The notes under the pieces are model-generated. The model was given only the letters and a program-made list of their open reading frames with translations. It had not been told where the DNA came from and made no database searches. A DNA stretch of 64,000 nucleotides from Patescibacteria group bacterium (lineage in GTDB: Bacteria > Patescibacteriota > Microgenomatia > UBA1400 > 2-01-FULL-45-11). Both the position numbers and the translations under genes were made by a program. The stretch covers positions 2,590 to 66,589 of the forward strand of contig JBHPHI010000002.1 of the NCBI GenBank assembly GCA_042569595.1, given 5' to 3'. Below, in pieces: positions 38,175-47,853 of this stretch (positions are counted from its first letter, which is position 1; every line of letters starts with the position of its first letter).

Positions 38175-39269
38175 CTATCTAATTTGGGCGGATAATTTTT
38201 TAAATACTAACACCAATGACTTTCTCCAACCTTCAGCCCTATCTTGAGAGAAATATACATCATCTTTAGTTTCTATTCTTATTGATGTTTCAAACCACTT
38301 ATCTGACAGGTCAAAATCTTTTCCAGAAACCAAACGCACATCTACAGCCTCAATTGAGAGCTTATTTTCTATGCTGGACAATTTCTTTTTAATTTGTGAT
38401 TTAAAGTCCTTTTTATATCTAAAAGATTTTGGTGTACTCATATGGAGAGAGTATTTTTTAGTTTTAATTGTTCTAAGAAGTGCTTTTATTACTTCTCTGT
38501 ATGTAATTATTCCGGATGGTAAGTTTTTTTTATCTACAATTACTACACTTCCAATTCGTTTATTCATCATAGTTTCAATAGCATCTTTTAAGGATCCAGA
38601 TTCATCTATTGTTTTAACTCTTGTTTTCATAAAACCTTCAATTGAAGTATCCAGAACTTTCTCCTTTCGTCCTTTTTTAGAAAAACCTTGAGAATGTTTC
38701 GGGTCAGACAACGCTCTTCTTAAGTCGTATCTAGTGATTAGGCCAACCAATTTGTTTTTATTATCTACGATGGGCAATCGGGAGATTTTGCCTTTTTTTA
38801 ATATAGATCGAACTTTTCCTAAAGATGATTTTTTTGTTACGGTTGTTACATTTCGAATTTTTATCTGCTCTTCCACACCCTCATACAAATTTTTGTCTTC
38901 AAAAACTCTTTTTAATATTCTCCTAAGAGACACAATGCCCAAAAGCTTTTTTTTGTCGTCTAAAACAGGAAGAAAGTACATCTTAGATTCAAGCATGCTT
39001 CTCACAACCCTCTCAAGAGAGGAGTTTAGAGAAAGCTTTGGAGGCATCATCATACATCTCTGAAGTTTTGTGGCGGGCGGGAAGTTTCCATGAAACTGAA
39101 CATAATATGGACTGACCACTCCTAGCAATATGTCTTTACTATTCACAACAAAGGCCGCATCATGACCAGAGTTCAAAGAGGCCAGAGCCTTGGATAACAC
39201 TTCATCAGGAGAGAATGTAATAATCTTTTCTGTCTTTAAAAAGTCTTTTGCTTTATAGCGTTTTGACAT
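38175..39269 (-). CDS. four-CBS-domain protein with C-terminal HPF/RaiA-like domain
   Basis: Repeated CBS cores (FVVN..LGVV, LPVLD..LGIV, LPIVD..VGLIT, VVIVD..SGIIT); ~90-aa tail with beta-alpha-beta-beta-beta-alpha-like pattern. Confidence 0.7.
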   Translation of the reverse strand: MSKRYKAKDFLKTEKIITFSPDEVLSKALASLNSGHDAAFVVNSKDILLGVVSPYYVQFHGNFPPATKLQRCMMMPPKLSLNSSLERVVRSMLESKMYFLPVLDDKKKLLGIVSLRRILKRVFEDKNLYEGVEEQIKIRNVTTVTKKSSLGKVRSILKKGKISRLPIVDNKNKLVGLITRYDLRRALSDPKHSQGFSKKGRKEKVLDTSIEGFMKTRVKTIDESGSLKDAIETMMNKRIGSVVIVDKKNLPSGIITYREVIKALLRTIKTKKYSLHMSTPKSFRYKKDFKSQIKKKLSSIENKLSIEAVDVRLVSGKDFDLSDKWFETSIRIETKDDVYFSQDRAEGWRKSLVLVFKKLSAQIR

Positions 39270-39312
39270 TCACATAAAGTTTATCACTTACAAGACAATT
39301 TGCAATAAATAT

Positions 39313-39716
39313 TTAAGTCAATACTCTGGAAAAATTAGAAGCAATCAATCCAACTACTCCACAAACAAAGACGCCCCACAAAACATCAACAACCACAAGC
39401 TTCCAAGACCAGTTAGAAAGTGTGGCCATGTTTGTTAAATCATAAACACCATACATCATTAGTCCGGCCATAGCTCCCCACATAAACCCATCAGTCAACC
39501 TACCAGATTGTTGATATTTTGTAACCGATATAAAAACCACAGAAGCAACTATGAGTAAGTATACAAACAATGCTGCGGGCCAATTTAGTGTTCTTGAAAA
39601 TTGAGACAGATGAAAATCATAAAATTTTTTTGCAACTAACCCCAGCCACGTAAAGTCAATCGCTAAAAAAAAGGAAATGTAAGAAACAACACTTTGATAT
39701 AGTGTATTGCACTCAT
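39313..39716 (-). pseudogene. DUF2177-family membrane protein, frameshifted at a T8 run
   Basis: MSAIHYIKVLFLTFPFF* stops; the rest (LAIDFTWLG...YGVYDLTNMATLSNW...DVLWG) is in another frame; one extra T at 39665-39672 restores the ORF. Confidence 0.7.
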
Positions 39717-39744
39717 ATTTACACAATAACAGAAAGGATAAATT

Positions 39745-40320
39745 ATGGGAATTTTAAATGACATAGCAAAAAAACAAAGAACCAACAGTGAAGATGTGTT
39801 AAATGAAATCATATATAGATGGTCTCCAAAAATAATGAACGGAGAGGAAGTTAGCGATGAAGACTTAACTCCTTTGTTTGAGGCAGCCAGGTGGGCTCCA
39901 AGCAGCAACAATAATCAGGAGTGGCAATTTTATTATGCAACCAAATCACAAAAATCATTTGAAAAACTATTTAATATTTTATTCGAAGGAAATAAAAAAT
40001 GGTCCAAAAATGCTGGAGCATTAATAGTTTTGATATCAAAAAAAAGATCTGACTACAAAGAAAAGCCCATTAACACTCACTCTTTTGATACCGGGATGGC
40101 ATTTCAAAACTTCGCAATCGAGGGAATTAGAAGAGATATGGTTGTAAGGCCTATGGGTGGGTTTGATAAAAAATTAGCACACAAAATACTTGATCTTAAT
40201 GAAAAACAACACATAGAATGTATGATTTCTGTTGGAAGAATAGGTGATATAAGTTTATTTAAGGGCGTAGAATTGTCACAAAGAAACAATCAGGAAACGT
40301 TCGCATTCAAGATTGATTAG
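39745..40320 (+). CDS. nitroreductase family protein
   Basis: RWSP, EAARWAPSSNNNQEW, FDTGMA, MGGFD. Confidence 0.9.
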   Translation: MGILNDIAKKQRTNSEDVLNEIIYRWSPKIMNGEEVSDEDLTPLFEAARWAPSSNNNQEWQFYYATKSQKSFEKLFNILFEGNKKWSKNAGALIVLISKKRSDYKEKPINTHSFDTGMAFQNFAIEGIRRDMVVRPMGGFDKKLAHKILDLNEKQHIECMISVGRIGDISLFKGVELSQRNNQETFAFKID

Positions 40321-41189
40321 AGAATTTTTGAACCAGTCGCCTCAGAAACATCATCATCTTTATCTAAAACATAAACATCTTGCCTATACTCATTTACTCC
40401 AACCAATTTTCCCTTCCCGGAAACTATGGCCTCCAGGGGTTTGCATGCACTGCAGCCAGTTTTATGAGGACAAGGAAATCGACTTAATTTTCTCGCCAGC
40501 GATATTTCCTTTGCAATTTTTAGTACTTTTTCATATGAATCTTCTTTATTCGGGAGATTCATTTCATTTAGGGAGTCATTTTTGGATAAATACCAATAAC
40601 TAGCTTTTACAACTGGTCTCTCTTGAGTATTGCTCACAAGAAGATAGTATATGGGAAGCTGTAGTGACTCGGAAGACTCTTCATGTTTTCCAGTCTTAAA
40701 ATCAATTATATGAACTGCATCTTCATCTTTTAGATACTCAAGCCAATCAATTTTTCCACAGAGAATTATATTTTCTTCTTCAGAAAGCCAGTAGTAAGGC
40801 AAATTCATATTAATTTTTACAGCCAAATTTTTTAAAGGTCCAGGATTTTTTACCAATTTCCTCAACATCTCTTCACCTCTGCTTTTATATTGTGATTCAG
40901 TCTCATTAGTTAAAAACCCACCCATATCACCAGAAACTTTCTTCCAAACCTGATCAAATTTTTCTATCAAAGATTCATCAAATCTTTTTTCAACAGGTAG
41001 TACAGATAAAGATTCCACTACCTCATGGACAGCCTGTCCTAACGCAAGGGGTGGGGACATTAGAGTTATTTTGTGTCCTGTGTGGGGGTCTTTATAAATA
41101 TTGTTTAAATAATATGCACGCGGACACTTTAAAAAATCAGATATAGATGAGTGAGAAACCCAGGTTGCGCTATATTTATCTTTTGCCAT
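40317..41189 (-). CDS. PD-(D/E)XK nuclease (RecB/AddB/Cas4-like)
   Basis: SHSSI..CPRAYY, GQAVH, GKIDW, IIDFKTG, QLPIY, C-terminal CxxxxxCxxC. Confidence 0.85.
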   Translation of the reverse strand: MAKDKYSATWVSHSSISDFLKCPRAYYLNNIYKDPHTGHKITLMSPPLALGQAVHEVVESLSVLPVEKRFDESLIEKFDQVWKKVSGDMGGFLTNETESQYKSRGEEMLRKLVKNPGPLKNLAVKINMNLPYYWLSEEENIILCGKIDWLEYLKDEDAVHIIDFKTGKHEESSESLQLPIYYLLVSNTQERPVVKASYWYLSKNDSLNEMNLPNKEDSYEKVLKIAKEISLARKLSRFPCPHKTGCSACKPLEAIVSGKGKLVGVNEYRQDVYVLDKDDDVSEATGSKIL

Positions 41190-41209
41190 GAAATCACTAT
41201 AGCATGAGG

Positions 41210-42706
41210 TTAGTGGGTCTGTTGCACAAGGTCACCATGAAGCGTTTTCTGTCTTAAGGGAGAAGGACTAATATTATGAAATTCTTCCAAAGTTGCTACA
41301 CCCCTAAAAACATAAGACAAAATAATATCTTCCACTAAATTAAAAACATGAAAGGGAACAGTGGGAGACCCATACTCCTGATGAAGCATGTCTGCTTTTC
41401 TAGTCTCTCCTTCCACAAATGAGGGAATACTAAATGGCAATATCTTATCGTCCAGGTGTTTTGTTCTAGCAGAAGCCTCGCCTCCATACGGTTTAAAATA
41501 ATTTCCATTTTTATCAATAAAATAAAGCATCCCCCCAGGAGACTCCACCGTTCCTCCAGCAGCTATCCTAGACACCCCAATTCCCGAAGCCCCCAAAGCA
41601 AGTGTAGTGGCGATGTTATCGCTTGCTCCACCCTCAACAACAACAGGGATATTTATTTCTCCTCGCAAACTCCAAAGCAAAATAGGCCAGTCAATTACAG
41701 AACCACTTCTCACCCCCGTAATACACCTACCACCACCACCGATTCCTATGTATAGGCCATCTGCGCCGGCTTCTTCTAGTTGTTTAGCTTGATCAACATC
41801 TACAACCTGTCCTGCAAAAATTTCAATTCTATTTCCCAACTTTTTCCTTAAAAGCTTAACTGTTTTAAGTGGGCCAAGTCCTGGTTCTGGAGAGTAGACT
41901 CTAAAACTTCTCACCCCAACGTCACATAAAGACGAAGCTCTTTTTAAAGCTTTTCCTTCATTTGCCTCGATTACTCCCATTACATTTTTCTTCCAAATTT
42001 TCAACAAATCCTTCTGTTCTTTTTTAGATCTACCAATCAACACTTCACTGCTTTTTAGAGCAGAAAAAACTTCTTTTACTAAGTCAGCTTGTCTTTTAAT
42101 GTCCGAAAACGGGCCATTTCTTGGCACTCCCGAGAGACAGAGGCATTGAGCCATTGTTGATATTGCATACACACTTCCCCAAACATCTTGCATAGCAGAA
42201 CCAACTAAAAGAGATCTTGCGTGTTTTCCAATTTTCGCAAAAGGACCTGTTGTTAAGCGATTTTTTCTGGATATTCTTTTATTTTGAGAACCAACCACAG
42301 CAATACCAAGGTCTGATATAGATAAAGCCATTTCGTCTTTTATTACCCTATCCATAACCTTGCTTGAGATTTTTTGAGGTGGGGCAAAATCAGACTCTTG
42401 CACTTCAAGTAGTTTAGAGATTCGTTCCGGATGGTTAAACAACTCAAGAAAGTACTGTCTAATTCTCAAGATATTTATCATTTCTTCAGGAGGTAGCAGG
42501 CCTTTTTTGTCGTACGAAAGATTATCGTATGGAGTAGTTAGTAGTCCTTGGCTGGGGTATGCTTTAGAATTTTCTTGACTCTCAATATACCAGTACTTCA
42601 AATAATCAGAGACATTTTCTTCAAATGGCTGAAGCTTTTCATTTATATAAGATTCCCAAAGCTTGTTGTCTCGAAAAGATTTAAATGGAGGGATATTTGC
42701 AATCAC
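41210..42706 (-). CDS. divergent IMPDH/GMP-reductase-family TIM-barrel protein
   Basis: SAMQDV, AGADGLYIGIGGGGRCITG, IPVVVEGG, LALGA, KPYGGEAS, VEG. Confidence 0.7.
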   Translation of the reverse strand: MIANIPPFKSFRDNKLWESYINEKLQPFEENVSDYLKYWYIESQENSKAYPSQGLLTTPYDNLSYDKKGLLPPEEMINILRIRQYFLELFNHPERISKLLEVQESDFAPPQKISSKVMDRVIKDEMALSISDLGIAVVGSQNKRISRKNRLTTGPFAKIGKHARSLLVGSAMQDVWGSVYAISTMAQCLCLSGVPRNGPFSDIKRQADLVKEVFSALKSSEVLIGRSKKEQKDLLKIWKKNVMGVIEANEGKALKRASSLCDVGVRSFRVYSPEPGLGPLKTVKLLRKKLGNRIEIFAGQVVDVDQAKQLEEAGADGLYIGIGGGGRCITGVRSGSVIDWPILLWSLRGEINIPVVVEGGASDNIATTLALGASGIGVSRIAAGGTVESPGGMLYFIDKNGNYFKPYGGEASARTKHLDDKILPFSIPSFVEGETRKADMLHQEYGSPTVPFHVFNLVEDIILSYVFRGVATLEEFHNISPSPLRQKTLHGDLVQQTH

Positions 42707-42753
42707 AAAGAAATACTAAAACATCAATCTATTTTTTATCAAGAACCAATTTA

Positions 42754-43884
42754 TTACTCTCTCGATAAAGAAGGGTAAATATAAATACATTTTTTTCTTA
42801 CACCAAAAAACTTTAACCATTTTTTACAGTTTCGAATAAATATGTATGATCCAGAAATATAAAAACTTGAGTTTTCAAAATGCTTCTTTTTTAACTCTCT
42901 CTTCATAAGGGTTTTTGTAATTTTTCCTTTATACTGTTTCAGTTTTTGTCCCTTTAGAGGGGGGAATTTTTTTGTATATGCTTCAAGCATAGAAAACCAC
43001 TTGCTTCTTCGAAGAAGTCTTAGCTCATTTTTAAATGGTTCATTTTTGTCTGTTTCATTTTGGTAAATTAACTTTGAACCCACTCTTTTTCCAGAAAGCT
43101 TCATATTTCTCAAAATACTTATAATTGGCGCAATACCATTATGTTCTACGATAAATATCAATTGCCCACCTATTTGTTTATTAGAAATACCAAATGGTCC
43201 TTCAATTAAGACTTTGTCTCCAAGGGAGACATTAAGTTTTTTATTAGACAAAAGACTTAAGTCCTTTTCTTTTGGAGTAGAAGAAATATATAGAAAATTG
43301 ATTAAACCCTTAATTCTTGCTTCAGTATATTGTCCAGGCTCAAAAATAATAGGCTTTCCACTTAATTGTTTTAGGAATATGTTTTCGGAGTCATCCGACT
43401 CTCTAATTATTTTTATTATCTTAAAAACCTTTGGTTTTATAATAAATTTTTTGAATATATAAAGATAAAATCCAAACAATAAAAAAATTAGTGAGTAGAT
43501 GCTGCAAATAATAATGATCAACATTTTATTCAGCTCAAAAAAACTAAAGAAATTATCACTTACAAAAAAATAACTTCCCAAACCCATGGCCGTCAACCCA
43601 AACAATACTGAGAATTTATTTAAAACCAATCCAATGTTTATTAAATTGCTCAATCCTATTCCAGATTCCAGTCGGCGGATATTGGAAAAAAATATAGGAG
43701 AAACAGAGGTGGATGAAAAAAATCCTCCCAAAACAAAAATGAAAAACACATTTAATAAAGTTTGGGAGGTTATAAACAAAAGAGGGAAAAACGTATATAC
43801 ACCCAAGAATATAATTATTAAAAAATATTTACCTTTATTTGTTGCAAGAAAAAACATAAGCATTAGAATAACCGACAAATTCAA
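42754..43884 (-). CDS. membrane protein with degenerate FNR-like FAD/NAD-binding domains
   Basis: N-terminal TMs; FEPGQY, ISSTP, IEGPFG, NGIAPIISIL; start uncertain. Confidence 0.6.
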   Translation of the reverse strand: MNLSVILMLMFFLATNKGKYFLIIIFLGVYTFFPLLFITSQTLLNVFFIFVLGGFFSSTSVSPIFFSNIRRLESGIGLSNLINIGLVLNKFSVLFGLTAMGLGSYFFVSDNFFSFFELNKMLIIIICSIYSLIFLLFGFYLYIFKKFIIKPKVFKIIKIIRESDDSENIFLKQLSGKPIIFEPGQYTEARIKGLINFLYISSTPKEKDLSLLSNKKLNVSLGDKVLIEGPFGISNKQIGGQLIFIVEHNGIAPIISILRNMKLSGKRVGSKLIYQNETDKNEPFKNELRLLRRSKWFSMLEAYTKKFPPLKGQKLKQYKGKITKTLMKRELKKKHFENSSFYISGSYIFIRNCKKWLKFFGVRKKCIYIYPSLSRE

Positions 43885-43930
43885 TTAATAAAACCGGGTA
43901 ATTGTCATACTGTGAGATAATACAGCCAAC

Positions 43931-44689
43931 ATGAGATATGTATTTGTTATTTTAATTTTTGCCCTACTAATACCATTTGTGCTGTCAAAAAATATCGTCA
44001 AAGAATCTATTCAGAATCAAACCATAAACGAACCAAGTACTCCGCACTCAAAACTAAAAGAGATCGGCCATAAATACAAGCAATACAGATACGGAATCTT
44101 CACTTTAGATGAAAATCAACAACTATCTTTCAACCTAAATACTAGAGACAAAAAAACATCCGAAGAGATTATTTCCACAGAAAAGTGCAAGAGTTTGATA
44201 AACGGTGGATTTTATGACAAAGAAGGAGATCCTATTGGTTGGGTAGTAGTAAATAGTGATGAAATGTATCCTTCACAAAAGAACCAACTCTTAGACGGCT
44301 TTATATCTGCCAGTCAAAGTGGAGAACTAAAAATATCTAAAAACAAATCATTGAATTTTGATTTTGGACTACAGACAGGTCCAATATTGATCTATGAAGG
44401 TGGGGTTAAAAACCTAAAAATCAAAAACGATGAACCCAAAAGAAGATCAATAGTTTTGGAAAGCACAAACAATAAACCATACTTTCTCACAATAGTGTCT
44501 GGTGATAGTTTGTTTGAGGGGTCTTTGCTAAAGGACCTCCCTCAGTTAGTAGCAAAAATTGCAAACCAGGAAGACATTTCCATAATAAATGCAATTAACT
44601 TAGATGGGGGATCTGCCTCCGCTTTTTATAGTCAAGAAAACAAAATCTCAGAAATTCAAACCATTGGTAGTTACTTTTGCATAAAATAA
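43931..44689 (+). CDS. phosphodiester glycosidase (NAGPA-like) exported protein
   Basis: INGGFY, QTGPILI, AINLDGGSAS. Confidence 0.85.
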   Translation: MRYVFVILIFALLIPFVLSKNIVKESIQNQTINEPSTPHSKLKEIGHKYKQYRYGIFTLDENQQLSFNLNTRDKKTSEEIISTEKCKSLINGGFYDKEGDPIGWVVVNSDEMYPSQKNQLLDGFISASQSGELKISKNKSLNFDFGLQTGPILIYEGGVKNLKIKNDEPKRRSIVLESTNNKPYFLTIVSGDSLFEGSLLKDLPQLVAKIANQEDISIINAINLDGGSASAFYSQENKISEIQTIGSYFCIK

Positions 44690-44695
44690 TAAGTT

Positions 44696-46468
44696 TTACC
44701 AACTTCCACCACCTCCACCACCAAATCCTCCTCCGCTAAAACCACCTCCACTGCTAAATCCTGATCCACCACTACTTGCTGAAGGCCTTCCCGCCGAAAC
44801 ACCTGAGGCCACAGAATTATCAAGAGAGTCCATCGCATGAGCAAATCTTGCATGAGTGAGTGGTTGCTTACTTTGATACCAATCCATATTTTTCAACTCA
44901 GAATCTTTGAGGGCATTTATAAACTTTTTTGTCATTCCAAAGGCAATTGTATATGGCAATACTTCTTCAATAAAATTATTCTTCTCATGTATTTGCTCTC
45001 TCCATGCTCCAATCCGAATCCATTCCTTCAAACCCACAACATCCTTTAAAGTCTTTCTTCCTTTGGGTGTCCTGGCAGGCATAAAAAACGAAAAGAAAAC
45101 AATAATTAAACCAGAAACAATGGCAGCAAAAAACCCTCCACCACTAGATATTAATGAACCAAAACCAGTCGAAGCAAGCATACTTCCAATTACCATCACC
45201 ACAATGCCGGCTACCAAGTACAAACCTCGAACAGTTTGTGGATTTCCAGAAAAATATCCCTCTTTTGTTAAGTGAGAATAGAGCTGTTTTTGTGCATCTT
45301 GAAGGCTTGAGTACGCTTTGCTGTGAAGCTTATTTAATTTAGCTTCCTTTTTTCTCGATTTTGTAAACAACATATCAAGAACTGAAACTTCAAAGGGTAG
45401 TAGGTTTGATTCTGATTTTTTATTATTTATCAACTTCACATTTGTCTTTGAGAAAAACCCTTTTGTGGTCTCATCTTTTATGGTGATGAATCCTTTTCTA
45501 GCCAGATCAATAATTACTGCTGTTATATCTCTCATGTGAACTTTTTCATCAACCAACACTCCTACTTCTCCAGCAGACAAGTTTTTAGGAGGACCAAAAC
45601 TCATTAATGCATCGACCTTATCAAACAAAGGAACAGTTTCAGATCCGCTTTCACTGAAAATATTTTTGTATCGCTTGTCTCTCCCTCTATTCCAGTACAT
45701 CCAAAACATCAGTAAAAAAACTAAAACTGGAGAGCCATAGAGCCAGTTGTCCACAACAAACCACCAAAACTCTTGCTGTTTTGTTGGGAGGTTAAAGTAG
45801 TTTTGATTCAGTGACGTTGCAATAGTTAGTCCTTCTCCAGGACTTAGTGATGATGAAGAGAACTGGGCAGTTGAGGAATTGTGAGTATGTTGGCAGTTTG
45901 TTTCACTTGAGCCAAACAATCCAGTAAAACAAATAGTATTCAACACACTTTTTTCAGGTCCATATATAGTTGCACTTGATTGAAATATTGGGACAGGCCA
46001 TCTTGATCCAGTTACATTCCAATAAAATTCTGCCTGTTCATTTGGAGTAGTTACAACCCTGTTTATCACATACGTAACAACATAAATTTGCTTTCCAGAT
46101 ATCAGTATATCCGGGTGTCCAATTTTTAATTTTACAGAGTCACCCTCGAGAGTCTCTGAGTACTTTAAAGATTTTCCTTGCTGGTTAGTTATATTCACCA
46201 AAGAAAATCTAACGTCCAAGTTATTTCCAAACTTTGTTTTATATTTTACGGGAATGATTCTATAGATTCCGTGTTTTTGTAAGTTTCCAAAATTTGCTTC
46301 AATAGTTTCGACAACAGTTACTTGAGCATCTTGAGCAATAGTTATATCACTATGAAATTTTTCTACCACCCAACCGCTATCTTGAGCAAAAACAAAATTT
46401 GGAAAAACAAAAAATAGCAAACCAAAAACAAAAGATGTAATTTTCTTCATACTCATCTCATAGTACAA
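44696..46468 (-). CDS. DUF2207-family membrane protein
   Basis: HGIYRIIP, FYWNVTG, IIDLARKG, LPYTIAFG, Gly-rich tail GGGFGGGGGGSW. Confidence 0.88.
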   Translation of the reverse strand: MYYEMSMKKITSFVFGLLFFVFPNFVFAQDSGWVVEKFHSDITIAQDAQVTVVETIEANFGNLQKHGIYRIIPVKYKTKFGNNLDVRFSLVNITNQQGKSLKYSETLEGDSVKLKIGHPDILISGKQIYVVTYVINRVVTTPNEQAEFYWNVTGSRWPVPIFQSSATIYGPEKSVLNTICFTGLFGSSETNCQHTHNSSTAQFSSSSLSPGEGLTIATSLNQNYFNLPTKQQEFWWFVVDNWLYGSPVLVFLLMFWMYWNRGRDKRYKNIFSESGSETVPLFDKVDALMSFGPPKNLSAGEVGVLVDEKVHMRDITAVIIDLARKGFITIKDETTKGFFSKTNVKLINNKKSESNLLPFEVSVLDMLFTKSRKKEAKLNKLHSKAYSSLQDAQKQLYSHLTKEGYFSGNPQTVRGLYLVAGIVVMVIGSMLASTGFGSLISSGGGFFAAIVSGLIIVFFSFFMPARTPKGRKTLKDVVGLKEWIRIGAWREQIHEKNNFIEEVLPYTIAFGMTKKFINALKDSELKNMDWYQSKQPLTHARFAHAMDSLDNSVASGVSAGRPSASSGGSGFSSGGGFSGGGFGGGGGGSW

Positions 46469-46483
46469 AAATATATAAAATTT

Positions 46484-46927
46484 TTACAGAGAAAGACTTT
46501 TAAGATATTCAAGCAATTCTTGGGAGTGGGTGTCTGGAGAAACTTTTTCATATATCTTTGCAATTTTTCCCTCAGGGTTTATTACAAAAGTAGTTCTTTT
46601 TGCAAAAATCAAACCATCCGCACCATAGTCACCCAACATCTCTCTTTTAGGGTCTGATAAAAGCACAAAAGGGAGAGAATATTTTTCTGCAAATTTTTTG
46701 TGGCTATTTACACTATCAGAACTGACTCCCACAACAGAAGCATGCTGAATAAGTTTTTCGTAATCATCTCTAAAGCCACAAGCTTCTTTTATACATCCTG
46801 GGGTATTGTCTCTAGGATAAAAATACAAAATCAACCAACTCTCAGCATAATCTCCCAATCTGTGTTCTTTTCCATGCTGATCCAAAGCAACAAAATCTGG
46901 AGCCAAATCTCCCATTGATAGTTTCAT
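46484..46927 (-). CDS. bcp: peroxiredoxin (BCP/PrxQ)
   Basis: YFYPRDNTPGCIKEAC. Confidence 0.92.
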   Translation of the reverse strand: MKLSMGDLAPDFVALDQHGKEHRLGDYAESWLILYFYPRDNTPGCIKEACGFRDDYEKLIQHASVVGVSSDSVNSHKKFAEKYSLPFVLLSDPKREMLGDYGADGLIFAKRTTFVINPEGKIAKIYEKVSPDTHSQELLEYLKSLSL

Positions 46928-46990
46928 TTTTTCCTTTCAACTAAAAACCGCGTCCCATTAATATGAAGCGCGGTAAAATTATTCATACTA

Positions 46991-47803
46991 TTATTTATAC
47001 AAAGACCAAACACCATCTACATCTCCAGGGCCCAAATCTCTTTTATTTATCTCGCCTTCACTGGCGTATCCATACATGGTTTCTTCAATACATTCATTTA
47101 TATAAAGATCTACTAGGCCAACTGTATGACCAAGCTCATGAGTTGCAATGCTATCAAAATCCATATCGTTAGGATCTCCATCTACACCCCAATCAAAATC
47201 TACATCATCGTATATCTGATCCCATTCAACTAACTTTCTGCCAGAGGGTCTCCCGCCAAATATTCCCCATACAACTGTTACTCCAATCACGCCGGGGTCA
47301 TCTATGCTTGCAAAATACACCTCGTTTTCATCGTCTGGTGAAACCAAATCAGCTTCTAAAGGGAGATTTGTTAAAGATCCTGCCCCTAATATTTCTTTTT
47401 CAGCAGCATCTTCCCATTTGTTCACTCCTTCATCCATAACATCAAACACCTTCGAATCAACCAATCCATCTATATTTGAAGGATTTACAACCCAAGGCTC
47501 AAGGGTTTTCCACTTTGCTCCTTTAGCCATATATTCATAGCAGGCACTTGCCTTTGGTTTGTTTTTTCCACCACCCACCCCGTCGGGTTTCCCGTGACCA
47601 TCCACTCTCTTGATAATCGCATAACCCTCCACAACCTCCATCGTCCCCGGATCTGTAGCTTCACCCAAATACACAATAGATTTACCCTCAGCATGTTCTG
47701 GGAGGCCAAATCTTGGGCCACTCCAGTCTTTTTTTGCTTGACTCGGAGACCAAGACAGGGAGGCAATTATCAATAAAAGAAGTAATATTTTAAATATTTT
47801 CAT
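46991..47803 (-). CDS. secreted metzincin (matrixin-like) protease
   Basis: Signal peptide; HELGHTVGLVD zinc motif, ETMYG Met-turn. Confidence 0.75.
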   Translation of the reverse strand: MKIFKILLLLLIIASLSWSPSQAKKDWSGPRFGLPEHAEGKSIVYLGEATDPGTMEVVEGYAIIKRVDGHGKPDGVGGGKNKPKASACYEYMAKGAKWKTLEPWVVNPSNIDGLVDSKVFDVMDEGVNKWEDAAEKEILGAGSLTNLPLEADLVSPDDENEVYFASIDDPGVIGVTVVWGIFGGRPSGRKLVEWDQIYDDVDFDWGVDGDPNDMDFDSIATHELGHTVGLVDLYINECIEETMYGYASEGEINKRDLGPGDVDGVWSLYK

Positions 47804-47853
47804 ACACTTCCTAAATAACTATCACTACCACGATAACAAATCATCAAACTATG

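Noticed and set aside
44700-44770. (CCA/CCT)n-like low-complexity repeat
   Set aside because: Encodes the normal Gly-rich C-terminus of DUF2207 proteins.
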